Origin: Octopus sinensis
Taxonomy: Eukaryota
Direction: 5' to 3'
DNA: 64,000 bases
Assembly (NCBI RefSeq): GCF_006345805.1
Contig: NC_043004.1
Span: 9,424,001 to 9,488,000 of the forward strand
The notes beneath the pieces are model-generated. The model ran no database searches. It saw only the letters and a list, made by a program, of their open reading frames with translations, and had not been told where the DNA came from. The number at the start of each line of letters is the position of its first letter. Within the stretch, counting starts at the first letter, position 1. Positions 24,133-35,607 of this stretch are shown here, one piece after another. Made by a program: the position numbers and the translations under genes.

Positions 24133-24237
24133 ATTCCTTAGACGATGCACCGTTTCTTCTACTGTTAATGGTAAATTAACCTGATTAAATTAAATCAAGC
24201 CAATCTACCATAGCCCTTAGATTCATCAGTAAGGAAT
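24133..24237 (-). ncRNA. Type I hammerhead with extended stem II (array copy, minus)
   Basis: Reverse complement of the 24863-24970 motif; tcatcag at 24223-24229. Confidence 0.78.
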
Positions 24238-24862
24238 AGCCAAATCGGAACAGATATTTTCACGAGGCATTCTCGTCCAGCCTCGCCAATATCTGACCTA
24301 AAATTTTCAAATCGTCGCACTCGCGCAAATTTATCGGCAGCAAATAAATATAAGCCGCCGATTCCATTACGGAACCAACCAGAAAATTCATAATTAATCA
24401 ATATGGAGGCAAAAAATTTGTAGAATTCTTTTGCCCCCAGCGGCCTAGTGGGAAAAAATAAATAGTCATAAACCATTTTTTCAGGGTAAATGTTTTTAAT
24501 TTTCTCCTGATTTACGGAATTAATGTTATTTTTGCGGTTGAAGCTTTTTGGCTGTTATTTCTAGTGGGTTGAATGGCCTATTATGGCCGTTCCTTGATTG
24601 TGATATTGAACTTAAAAATGGTTTATGACTATTTAATTTTTTCCCACTAGGCCGCTGGGGGCAAAAAATTCTACAAAATTTTTTGCCTCCCTATATTGAT
24701 TAATTATGAATTTTCTGGTTGGTTTCCGTATGGAATCGGCGGCTTATATTTATTTGCTGCCGATAAATTTGGCGCGAGTGCGACGATTTGAAAATTTTAG
24801 GTCAGATATTGGCGAGGCATGGACGAGAATGCCTCGTGAAAAATATCTGTTCCGATTTGGCT

Positions 24863-24970
24863 ATTCCTTACTGATGAATCTAAGGGCCTATGGTAGATTG
24901 TGGCTTGATTTAATTTAATCAGGTTAATTTACCATAAACAGTAGAAGAAACGGTGCATCGTCTAAGGAAT
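24863..24970 (+). ncRNA. Type I hammerhead with extended stem II (array copy)
   Basis: attcctta-CTGATGA(24871)-[~70-nt stem II domain]-GAAA(24947)-cg-gtgcat-cg-TC-taaggaat; 8-bp stem I, TGCA palindromic loop III. Confidence 0.8.
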
Positions 24971-25348
24971 TTCAGGGTAAATGTTTTTAATTTTCTCCTG
25001 ATTTACGGAATTAAGTTATTTTGCGGTTGAAGTTTTTGGCTGTTATTTCTAGTGGGTGAATGGCCTATTATGGCCGTTCCTTGATTGTGATATTGAACTT
25101 AAAAATGGTTTATGACTATTTAATTTTTTCCCACTAGGCCGCTGGGGGCAAAAGAATTCTAAAAAATTTTTTGCCTCCCTATATTGATTAATTATGAATT
25201 TTTGGTTGGTTCCGTAATGGATCGGCGGCTTATATTTATTTGCTGCCGATAAATTTGGCGCGAGTGCGACGATTTGAAAATTTTAGGTCAGATATTGGCG
25301 AGGCATGGACGAGAATGCCTCGTGAAAAATATCTGTTCCGATTTGGCT

Positions 25349-25454
25349 ATTCCTTACTGATGAATCTAAGGGCCTATGGTAGATTGGCTTGATTTAATTT
25401 AATCAGGTTAATTTACCATAAACAGTAGAGGAAACGGTGCATCGTCTAACGAAT
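25349..25454 (+). ncRNA. Type I hammerhead with extended stem II (array copy)
   Basis: CTGATGA at 25357, GAAA at 25431, GTC ending 25446; one mismatch in stem I. Confidence 0.75.
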
Positions 25455-25836
25455 TTCAGGGTAAATGTTTTTTAATTCTCCTCGATTTACGGAATTAATG
25501 TTATTTGCGGTTGTTTGAAGCTTTTTGGCTGTTATTTCTAGGGGGTGAATGGCCTATTATGGCCGTTCCTTGATTGTGATCTTGAACTTAAAAATGGTTT
25601 ATGACTATTTAATTTTTTCCCACTAGGCCGCTGGGGGCAAAAGAATTCTACAAAATTTTTTGCCTCCCTATATTGATTAATTATGAATTTTCTGGTTGGT
25701 TCCGTAATGGAATCGGCGGCTTATATTATTTGCTGCCGATAAATTTGGCGCGAGTGCGACGATTTGAAAATTTTAGGTCAGATATGGCGAGGCATGGACG
25801 AGAATGCCTCGTGAAAATATCTGTTCCGATTTGGCT

Positions 25837-25941
25837 ATTCCTTACTGATGAATCTAAGGGCCTATGGTAGATTGGCTTGATTTAATTTAATCAGGTTAAA
25901 TTTCCATTAAACAGTAGAAGAAACGGTGAATCGTCTAAGGA
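25837..25941 (+). ncRNA. Type I hammerhead with extended stem II (array copy)
   Basis: CTGATGA at 25845, GAAA at 25920, GTC ending 25935; loop III variant TGAA. Confidence 0.72.
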
Positions 25942-26165
25942 TTTCAGGGTAAATGTTTTTAATTTCTCTCTGATTTACGGAATTAATGTTTATTTTGCGG
26001 TTGAAGCTTTTTGGCTGTTATTTCTAGTGGGTGAATGGCCTATTATGGCCGTTCCTTGATTGTGATTTGAACTAAAAATGGTTTATGACTATTTAATTTT
26101 TTCCCACTAGGCCGCTGGGGGCAAAAGAATTCTACAAAATTTTTTGCCTCCCTATATTGATTAAT

Positions 26166-26317
26166 GTATATATATATAATATATATATATAATATACATA
26201 CCTATACATATATATGTATATATATATATATAGATATATATATATATATATATATCTACAATATATATATTATATATTATATAATATATATATATATATA
26301 TAATATATAATTACATC

Positions 26318-26352
<35 letters not shown>

Positions 26353-26362
26353 ACATAAATAC

Positions 26363-26399
<37 letters not shown>

Positions 26400-26406
26400 C
26401 ATATAT

Positions 26407-26448
<42 letters not shown>

Positions 26449-26460
26449 ATATATATATAT
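26166..26460. repeat. (TA)n-rich microsatellite
   Basis: Direct inspection. Confidence 0.95.
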
Positions 26461-26790
26461 AGCAGAAATATAGAAAAGCTGTTACTCAGAGTTTCACGTT
26501 CCCGTTCGTCGGACAGTTTGGTTAAAATAAAACAGAAATAACAATTTGATCAAAACTAGTTAAAGGATACACCTTTGAGGGAAAGGGATTTGTTTCATCG
26601 CCTTTTCAAATAACGGTCTTAAGCATGCGATCAACAAAATAAACAAAAAATAAATGAATTCACATATAATATATAAAAAATTATATTGCTTTTTTTATAT
26701 TTCTGCTGCTTTTAATAAAGCATATTACTCCTTCTGGTAATTGAGTACTCTTTTCCCACCTTGTTTCACATTTATGTTTTTACTCCGGTA
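26461..26790. mobile_element. pLTR-like repeat with inverted 5' part carrying a hammerhead (26479-26516, minus)
   Basis: Minus strand ctgt-CCGACGA-acg-ggaa-cgt-GAAA-ctc-t-gag-TA-acag; 26696-26790 (+) matches 58803-58900; the collinear copy is at 58750-58900. Confidence 0.75.
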
Positions 26791-26804
26791 TAGATATATA
26801 TATA

Positions 26805-27020
26805 AATGTGACCGCGTGCTGTGTACGTTGGCGATGTTTTTTCCTCTATCTTCCCTTCCATGGATCTTTTCCTTCTCCTATGTTTCTGATGAAGAGCTCC
26901 GCTCGAAACGTAAATCCTCCTTCTTTCTTTCCTTTCCTGAGCGTCCAATAACACTATACTTGTTCCACGTCCTCGCGTTGTTTGTTTTCTCTTTTTGTTT
27001 TCATGTTTGGATTTAAACTA
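26805..27020 (+). mobile_element. pLTR-like repeat with minimal hammerhead (26882-26914)
   Basis: gttt-CTGATGA-a-gagc-tcc-gctc-GAAA-cg-TA-aa; same family as 3740-3945. Confidence 0.75.
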
Positions 27021-27402
27021 TATATATATATATATATATATACTTACACGAGGGGTGTATGAAAAGCTATGAGCCTTCAAGGCCTTTGAGCCTTGAAGTT
27101 TGAACCATGTTTTAAGTTTTTGAGGTTCAAGACTTTTCATACCCACCTCTATGTATATATACCTATATTACATAAACACAACACAACACACGCACATATG
27201 CAAGCGCCACACACAGAGAGGAAGACATATATCTACAGTAAACTTCACTGCACTTTGGATGTGCCGAAAGGTTACTCTCTCAATATGCCATCGCCACAGC
27301 CAAGAAGATAACTTTCTGTCCATATTGTCTCAGTTGTGCATTTGTTGTTTCCTTGCATAGATACACTGTTGTTGTCGTCTGCCAGAAATCAAAGCAGCTG
27401 TT

Positions 27403-27502
27403 NNNNNNNNNNNNNNNNNNNNNNNNNNNNNNNNNNNNNNNNNNNNNNNNNNNNNNNNNNNNNNNNNNNNNNNNNNNNNNNNNNNNNNNNNNNNNNNNNN
27501 NN
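27403..27502. other. Assembly gap (100 N)
   Basis: Run of 100 n. Confidence 1.
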
Positions 27503-28720
27503 TGCACCCTTCAAAAGACAATATGTGGAGGGTGTGTAAACTACAGTAATCGAGCGGTAAGCTTCTTTCTTTTTTTTTTTGCATGGCCCAGAAGATAGTG
27601 CAGCAACTGACGTTGATGCAAAAGATGCAAAATCCACAGCATGCCTTTCCATGCACAAAACCACCACAGCTGATAGACTCGGGATGGCCACCACTAGTAT
27701 CAGCATAACACCTACCCAGATATCGCATCTATATTCTTACTAAACATCGGAAGGCTACTGCAACTCAGTAACAGGGTTGACTTCTCTGTCTGAAAGAACT
27801 TGCTGCATGCAATCAAGCAATATGCATGGCGCTTACAGAAACGCATCTAACCTCAAATATAACAGATACGAAAATACACATGGTAAGCTATGTGTATTTC
27901 GCACGGCATATCAGGGTGTGTTCTATCTTGTACAAAGAGAACAGAGAGAAGCCATGGCGGAGTCACTATGAATATCTGCAAAGATATCACATCCCTTGTA
28001 CTCTTGTCTCACTCAAACTCAGTTTTTGTCACTTTAATAATACACACAAAGCTAATTATGCTCAGTATATCTTACACCAAATGCCTGCGATATATGACGA
28101 TAAAACTGGGGATAGCCTCGGCCACAAAGAAGAGGTATTTACAAGCCTGGGCCCACACATCAATACAATCCTTCTGGATGACTCCAGCCTCCCAAATGTT
28201 AAATGGCCTGAAGGCCACATCCTTACTGGGATGTCACTGCATGAAGAAAGGCAAGTAGAATCATTACTTGGACTTTCTAATATGCTGTTCATGGACAAAA
28301 TATTACCAGGGACAGGAAAATCCTTATGAGATGCGGATCAAAGGACTGAAACCGGTTGAGGAGACAACTGAAGGATAGGAAGAAGTCTAAGTTTAAGAAG
28401 GACACTCGTGGAAATCGAAAACAAAATCAAACACTCCATGAAAACGAAACAAGAGTGAGAGACAGAACAGAGCTGTGAAAATCATAGAAACAAACTCAGA
28501 AGCATTCCATAAATTCTGAGAGGAAACAGCCACGGAATAAGACAAAATATGACCGTTGTTTCAAGCGGATGGTTCACTGACCACGGACCCCACAAAGGGC
28601 AAGTGGAGTGCTCAAGGAAAAATTTAAAATTACCTTTATCTCCACTCTGGGACGCATGCAATAGAAAAAAACCAGTTGAATTCTTTAACATTGCAGCTCT
28701 GCAGATGACGGCGGTAACCA
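27503..28720 (+). pseudogene. Highly decayed 5' part of a CR1-group LINE (APE endonuclease remnant)
   Basis: ALTETHL, LLDDSSLPNVKW remnants in ORF 27826-28329; downstream similarity to 44950-45350. Confidence 0.6.
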
Positions 28721-29132
28721 TCGATATCACATATATGACATGCACATACATATTACACGTATCCCATACACACACATTGCTCTGTCAGTTTCACGCAATG
28801 GACAGCAACCAGGCGTGGCTTACTTATTCAATAGTTGAGTGGTCCCTACTTCAGCATGTATTATATATCTTATTTTTATAAAAATATATTCATTTATATG
28901 ATGAACCCCTTTGTTGCATAACATCAGTGGTGTAAACACACATACTTATGAACATACATACACACGTTTATATATAATTTATCGGGCGGACACCGTATTA
29001 GCTCTCAGTTGATTTATATATATATATATTCATACATACACACACGCACACATCTATATATAACATGGTATGTATGTATGTATATATATATATATATATA
29101 TAATATCTATATATATATATATATATATATAT

Positions 29133-30763
29133 CAAACTCAACTGCTGATCCTGATGGGTTCCCAGCAATCCTCCACAAAGCGTGTAAGCATGCCCTGGCA
29201 AAACTCCTCAAGATCTCTTCAAGAGCTTTCTTACAAATGGCAAACTGTCAAGCAAGCTGAAGGAGGGAATAATATGCCCAATACATAAAGGGGGAAGTAG
29301 AGCAGATGCCAAAAACTATAGGCCCATCTCTCTCATTTCAAATATCAGAAAATTCATGGAACGGATATTCAGGGGGACACTAATCGCATTCCTTGAGGAA
29401 AATAACTTGCTGAGTGATACCCAGCATGGTTTTCGACCAGTTAGGAGCTGCCTGACCCAGCTCTTACAACATTATGACTGGGTGTTGAGGCAGTTAATCA
29501 ACAAATCAAATGTGGACGTAATCTACATTGATTTTGCAAAAGCTTTTGAAAAGGTGGATCATGGTATGATATGCCACAAACTGCGTGACCTCGGCATAGC
29601 TGGAAAACTTGGAGTGTGGTTACATGACTTCCTGAAAGATAGGAGTTAGGCAGTAGTGGTTAATGGAACATCTCTATGAACACACAAATAATGAGCGGTG
29701 TTCCACAGAGTGATGTCTTGGGACCACTGCTTTTTATAGTGGCCCTCTCATATATGCCCTCAAATGCCCGGATAGCCACTCTGGCAAGCTATGCAGACGA
29801 TACGAAAGTCTCGCAGAAAATACAGTACGCCAGTGATGTTGCACACTTGCAGCAGGAGTTGGACTCAATCTACAGATGGGCTGAGGATAATAATATGCAG
29901 TTTAATGCTGAAAAATTCCAGGCCCTGCGATACCAGCATCCAAAACTGAATATTAAACCTACGGGGTACACCGGTCCACAGGGAATTTCAATCCCAGAGC
30001 CTAAGTCTGTGAGGGACCTGGGTATCGACATGAGTGATGATACCGCTTTCCAAGTGAACATTACCAGGATGACGACAAGTACAGACGACTGGCTGGCTGG
30101 ATCCTAAAAACATTCAGAACCAGAGATAAGGAAACCATGATGGTCCTCTGGTGGACATTCGTCCTCAGCCGCCTGGATTACTGCTCACAGCTATGGTCAC
30201 CCACCAGTGTGAAATTAACAGCGGACCTTGAAGCAATCCAGAGAAGATTCACAAAGAAGATCGTCTCTTTGCAACAGGGAAAGGTTGAAACAGCTAAGAC
30301 TCTACTCCCTGGAGAGAAGACGGGAGAGGTATGCAGTAATATATGTCAGGAATATCCTGGGAGGAATTGTGCCAAATTTTGGCATTGTAAGCTACACCAA
30401 TGCTAGATCGGAACGACACTGCACAGTGCCAAAGATCCCAGCAATGCCATCACGCTTCAGGACCAGCTACTGTAACAGCCTGTGTTTCAAGGGCCCACAG
30501 CATTTTAATATTCTCCCAAAGAGTATGAGGAACTTGCACAAAGTAGACGTAGGGTTTTTTAAATCAAAGCTGGAACTCTTCCTGTCGAGAGTCCCAGATG
30601 AACCTACCTCACGGCAAGAGGTGTAAATGAGAGTAGCTCCATCAAACTCCATTCTTCACCAAGTGCCACATATCAGAGGAGGCTCTTCGTAATAACAGTG
30701 TAGCACAAAACGGCGTTGCATCAGCATGACCACAGCTCTGAGCTCATACTAAAAGAAAAAAAA
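29133..30763 (+). mobile_element. CR1-group LINE (subfamily A), RT pseudogene and 3' tail
   Basis: QHGFRP, IDFAKAFEKVDH, YADDTKV, LDYCSQLWSP, LYSLERRRERY over several frames; tail cagcatgaccacagctctgagct plus A-rich end. Confidence 0.92.
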
Positions 30764-30776
30764 GTATATATATATG

Positions 30777-30822
<46 letters not shown>

Positions 30823-31004
30823 AAAATATATATATATATGTAATATATATATATATATTATATATATATATGTGTGTGGTGTGTGTAATATATCCTTAAA
30901 TCCTTAAAAATCCTTAAAAATGTTTATCCCGAAGGCCACGGCCATGCTGGGGCACCACCGCTTATATATATGTAATATATACATGTATATATAATATATG
31001 TAAT

Positions 31005-31035
<31 letters not shown>

Positions 31036-31290
31036 GTAATGTATATGTATATATATAATATATATAAATATATTTTAATATATATAATATATATGTAATA
31101 TATATAATATATATGTAATATATATATTTATATATATATATACACCACGACCTCGAACCCACAAGAGTAAACAAGAGAGACGGAGACAGGCAGAAACAAG
31201 GAAAATGCCACTTGTATTTGAACAGTATACAAATATTCTTTTCAAAAAACGTTACTTGTAATTTTTCCACAATCTAATTGTTTTCCATAC

Positions 31291-31330
31291 TTAGAGTTGA
31301 AAAAGTCTGAATGACTGAAACCGGTCCCGA
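31291..31330 (+). ncRNA. Hammerhead-like motif with U3-A8 core variant, weak stem I
   Basis: TTGAAAA(31297)-agtc-tgaat-gact-GAAA(31317)-CCGG-TC; palindromic ACCGGT stem III. Confidence 0.5.
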
Positions 31331-31412
31331 AATGTCTTTTTATAAAATTATTGTAGCATTTTCTATCCTGACTTTTTTCCAGATATATCAACTCGTGTGT
31401 TCCTTTTGAAAT

Positions 31413-31421
31413 GTCTCTCTA

Positions 31422-31494
<73 letters not shown>

Positions 31495-31500
31495 CTCTCT

Positions 31501-31559
<59 letters not shown>

Positions 31560-31565
31560 CTCCCT
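31413..31565. repeat. (CT)n microsatellite
   Basis: Direct inspection. Confidence 0.95.
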
Positions 31566-31619
31566 ATATATAGGGTATCTGTATACTTCTCTCTCTCTCT
31601 CTTGTGTATATATAGATAT

Positions 31620-31845
31620 GTGTGTGTGTGTGTTTGTTAGTGTCTGAATTTTTTCGCCAACTATCGCTTGACAACTGATGTTGGTGTGTTTACGTCTCCG
31701 TAAGTTAGAGGTTCAGCAAAAATACCGATAGAATAAGTAGTAAGCTTACAACAATAAGCCCTGGATTCTGTTTCTGCGATTAGAAGCCTTTTAAGCCAGT
31801 GCTCCAGTGTGGCCGCAGTCAGATGACTGAAACAAGTAACAGATA
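31620..31845 (+). mobile_element. 3' half of CORE-type SINE family 1
   Basis: gcttgacaactgatgttggtgtgtttacgtc...ggccgcagtcagatgactgaaacaag. Confidence 0.75.
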
Positions 31846-32824
31846 TGTATGTTTGTACGTATCTTTTCTGTTTAATTATATTTACACTCACTTCTCTATC
31901 GGTATTTTATAAATGCTTAGATACCATTCACCACTGCCTGTCCATTGTTCTTTTGTTTTATACACATACACATATACATCTACATATATACATATTCTGA
32001 ATATATAAATATATACATATAGTATATACGTATTATATGTGGCAGTGTGTATCGCCTTACTGCATTGCTGGTTGTTTCTGTGTGTAAACACATCGTCTCA
32101 CAACTTCAAACATCCAACTAAAGAACAGAGCGCCCGAAACCCAACAACCAATCCACGTGGGAGGTCTTCGCCATTTCATTGCCACATGTCGTCAGTTAAT
32201 GGCATAATTGTAATGTGACGTGACCATATCTCTGAGACAATCCATAGAGGTAAACTGACACGTTCATGTCTACGATCTCATACACATATACTTTTTTCAA
32301 ACCCAGGCACTGTACAGAGCATGCTAACACAGACAATATACTCATACATAGATTTTGATATCTAAGGCGTTATACACCATCATATACTCAACTGGATCTG
32401 TACCTTTGAACACTCAGACACAGTGCCATACATATACACATGTACATACACATTCTTACGTTTATTTCGGCACAGTTACATATATCCTCATACAGACCCA
32501 CGTATAGCTGGGCAAATATACGCACACATGTCGCATCTACCTCTCCAATGATTGACACGGACATGTAACATACATCAGTTGACACATAGAGACATATACA
32601 AGCGTGTATATATGTTTGCACGACGCACAAACACATGTGGAAATACATGGAGTTCGACGAAACACACATATGCATAAACACACACTCGAACATCTACATA
32701 CACTTGGATGGGTACACAAACACACACACACACACGTAGTATACATGCAATTTCTCACAAGCGCATACACAATAGCTAATCATGCATACACTCACACACA
32801 TACATTCAGGTGATCTTTTACCTT

Positions 32825-33060
32825 TTATTTTTTACTTGCTTCAGTCATTAGATTACGGCCATGCTGGGGCACCGCTTGGAATAATTTTAGTCGAACGAAT
32901 CGACCCCAGCTGAGTTTCTTTCTTTCTTTCTTTCTTTCTTTTTTATTCACAAGGCTCTGGTCGACCCGAGGCTTTAGTAGCAGACACTTGCCGAAGGTGT
33001 CACGCAATGAGATTGAACCCGGAACCATGTGATACGCAAGGAGACTTCTTACCACACTAC
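32825..33060 (-). mobile_element. CORE-type SINE family 1, internally deleted
   Basis: Reverse complement has head catggttccgggttcaatctc, core ttcggcaagtgtct and tail gcatggccgtaatctaatgactgaa. Confidence 0.75.
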
Positions 33061-33924
33061 GTCCATAGATAAAGACGTTGCGAAAAAAAAAAAAAGAAAA
33101 TGCTTAATGACGCATCTCCCGCGAGCGCATGCTCAGTAGCGAAGAAACACACACAAATACGCACAAAAATATAAACTCATATAATAGATAGAAGAGTAAT
33201 CATTAGGGAAAGGAATAGGACGATGCCATTGATCTCGGCACTTGGCCGATGCTCTCAGAGGAGATGAAAGGAAAACTTCACTTGGACGTGATTTGAACTC
33301 AGAAAGTAAAGAATCGCAACAAAACCTTCCCGCACTCTAACAATTCAGCCACCTCGTTAGGAAGTTGCTCCCACGCGTGGCCTTTTGGTTAGGAAGTTGC
33401 CCTTACGAACGCATCATTGCGGTTTCGCTTCCCAGGCGGAGCGGTGTGTTGTGTTCTCCAGCGAAAACACTTTATTTAGCATCTTTCAAAACCCCTCAGC
33501 TGTAAATATGTCCCTCTGCAACGGACTGACGTCCCATTCAGAGGCGATGTTGTGATCTTGGTCACTCGTACGCCAGGGAAACCGGCTGACCGCTTCTGCG
33601 ACTCCGAGAACACAAGGTGTTACTTACTTTTAATACATACGCATTATATAGACATACTGTACACGTGTACATACACACACACATAACAGGCAAGAATAAA
33701 CGCATGCGTACGCACTACCACAATGCAATGCATTCACAGATAAGGGAATAAAATGAAATAAGATCAAGCAGACTCCCTCTTAACCGGCAATTCTGAGAGT
33801 GGACGATTGCCGGATAATTGATGTTTCCGGATATCAGATCATCAAATTTTAAATTATTATAGCACCTCACAAAATTCATGAAAAACTCTACATAAACATT
33901 ACTCTTATCATTACTGTGAGAAAC

Positions 33925-34150
33925 AGGCGCCGGAGGAGCTGTGTGGGAAGAAATTTATTTCCGACCACTGCTTGACAACCGATTTTTGTGTGTTCACATC
34001 CCCATAACGTAGCGGTTCAGCAAAAGAGAACAACAGAATAAGTACCAGGTTTTGAAACCAAATCAGTACTGGCGTCGATTCACTCGACTAAAATTCATCA
34101 AGGCGGTGCTCCAGCGTGGCCGCAGTCTAATGACTGAAACAAGTGAAAGA
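33925..34150 (+). mobile_element. CORE-type SINE family 1, internally deleted
   Basis: aggcgccggaggagctgtgtgg head joined to 3' half with tail ggcggtgctccagcgtggccgcagtctaatgactgaaac. Confidence 0.7.
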
Positions 34151-34248
34151 ATAGGAATAAATGAAAATATAAGTTAAGGAACAAGTTTTATTAACATTAA
34201 CTAAATATAATAATCTATGTAGAATACTGTGTGTATAATACTATATAT

Positions 34249-34293
<45 letters not shown>

Positions 34294-34352
34294 CTACATA
34301 TAATGCAGTATATAATACTGTATATATAATACTATATATATATATATATATA

Positions 34353-35213
34353 TCTTTATATATATAAAACTGCGAATATATGTCTGATAGTTTCCCTAAA
34401 ACTTGAGAAGTACACAACCAATTTCATTCAAATTTTACACATGCCTTACTTGGGGTCCGGGGAGTGTTATCGGCAAAAGATTTTAACTTTTTGCGTAGGG
34501 CGAGCCCACAGCAATATCATATCTTCTCCACTACCATTCCCTAAAACTTGAGAACTACATAACCAATTTCATTCAAATTTTACACATGCCTTACTTAGGG
34601 TCCATAGTTTCATGGGCAAAAAGAAATGTTCAACTTCTTGCCTAGAGTGAGCCCATAGCAATATCATATCTTCTCCACTATTTCAGTATTACGCGTTAAA
34701 AGTGAAACAAAAATATTTCTCTATTTTATGTCAGATGCTTTCACTTTAACAATAAAAATAATAATAACAATTGAATTATATGTAGTAAGTAATAATCAAA
34801 ATCAAACTAAAGTATAATATAATCGTAACGTACAAAAGTAAAAATAGCAATTGGTATAAAATTGCATCAATGATTTAAACTTGAATAAGTGGTTTCACAT
34901 GAATGGGAATAAATTAAAAATAAAATTAGCGTGCAGCAATGGAATAGTCCAGATGGATAATAAAAAATTAAATTAAAGAAAAGACTATTGTCTATAAAGT
35001 ATACAGTGAAGAGAAAAAAGAAGAGCTAACAATTCCAGCCTGTTATATATTTTGAGTATTGTTATCACTAGCGATATCAAGATATAACTTTGTATTTTGC
35101 ATTTTATGTGTAGATGTATATATATAGATGTACATGTAATATGTACACATATATATACACATATATACATGCACTAGCACTATGACCTGGCAACGACGGG
35201 TCTTTAATGCTAG
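34353..35213 (+). mobile_element. Non-autonomous Helitron
   Basis: Starts TC (tctttatatatataaaa), ends CTAG at 35210-35213 after a GC hairpin gacctg..cgggtc (35184-35202), inserted between A and T; internal ~145-bp tandem duplication 34392-34680. Confidence 0.75.
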
Positions 35214-35529
35214 TACACATATATATACACAATACTCTATATATACTACTGTATATATAATACGATATCTACATAATACTGTAAATACAATATTGTATAT
35301 ATAATACTGTATATATGCTGATGCATATATACTACTGTATATATATTACTGTATGTATCCTACTGCGTGTATATAAGCGTGTATATAATAAATACACGCA
35401 TACAGATACTCAGACACACATGCTCACGCACACACATATGCACACTATGAATTATTGCTGGCATGTTTTTGAAGTCATAGTCACTGGTTAAAGATGGTGA
35501 TGATGATGATGTCGATGACAATGATGATG

Positions 35530-35586
<57 letters not shown>

Positions 35587-35607
35587 TAATAATAATAATA
35601 ATAATAA

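Larger units (their letters stand above)
23526..26165. mobile_element. Tandem array of ~487-bp hammerhead-containing units (~2 minus-strand plus ~3.5 plus-strand units, divergent junction at 24480/24481); retrozyme-like
   Basis: Unit start tcagggtaaatg at 24481, 24972, 25456, 25944; inverted units start at 23526 and 24010; one hammerhead per complete unit; (TA)n flanks; no conserved ORF. Confidence 0.88.

Noticed and set aside
24195-25870. 65-93 aa ORFs inside the 487-bp units
   Set aside because: Frames differ between copies and show no recognisable domain. Many differences are homopolymer indels that may be read errors, so a small conserved peptide is not fully excluded but is unsupported.
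23526-26165. Array considered as CRISPR, rDNA or ordinary satellite
   Set aside because: It has no unique spacers and no rRNA similarity. The short array, inversion and one ribozyme per unit fit a retro-derived repeat better.
27046-27402. Possible mariner-like terminus (tacacgaggggtgtatgaaaag)
   Set aside because: The partner TIR cannot be seen because the assembly gap follows, so evidence is insufficient.
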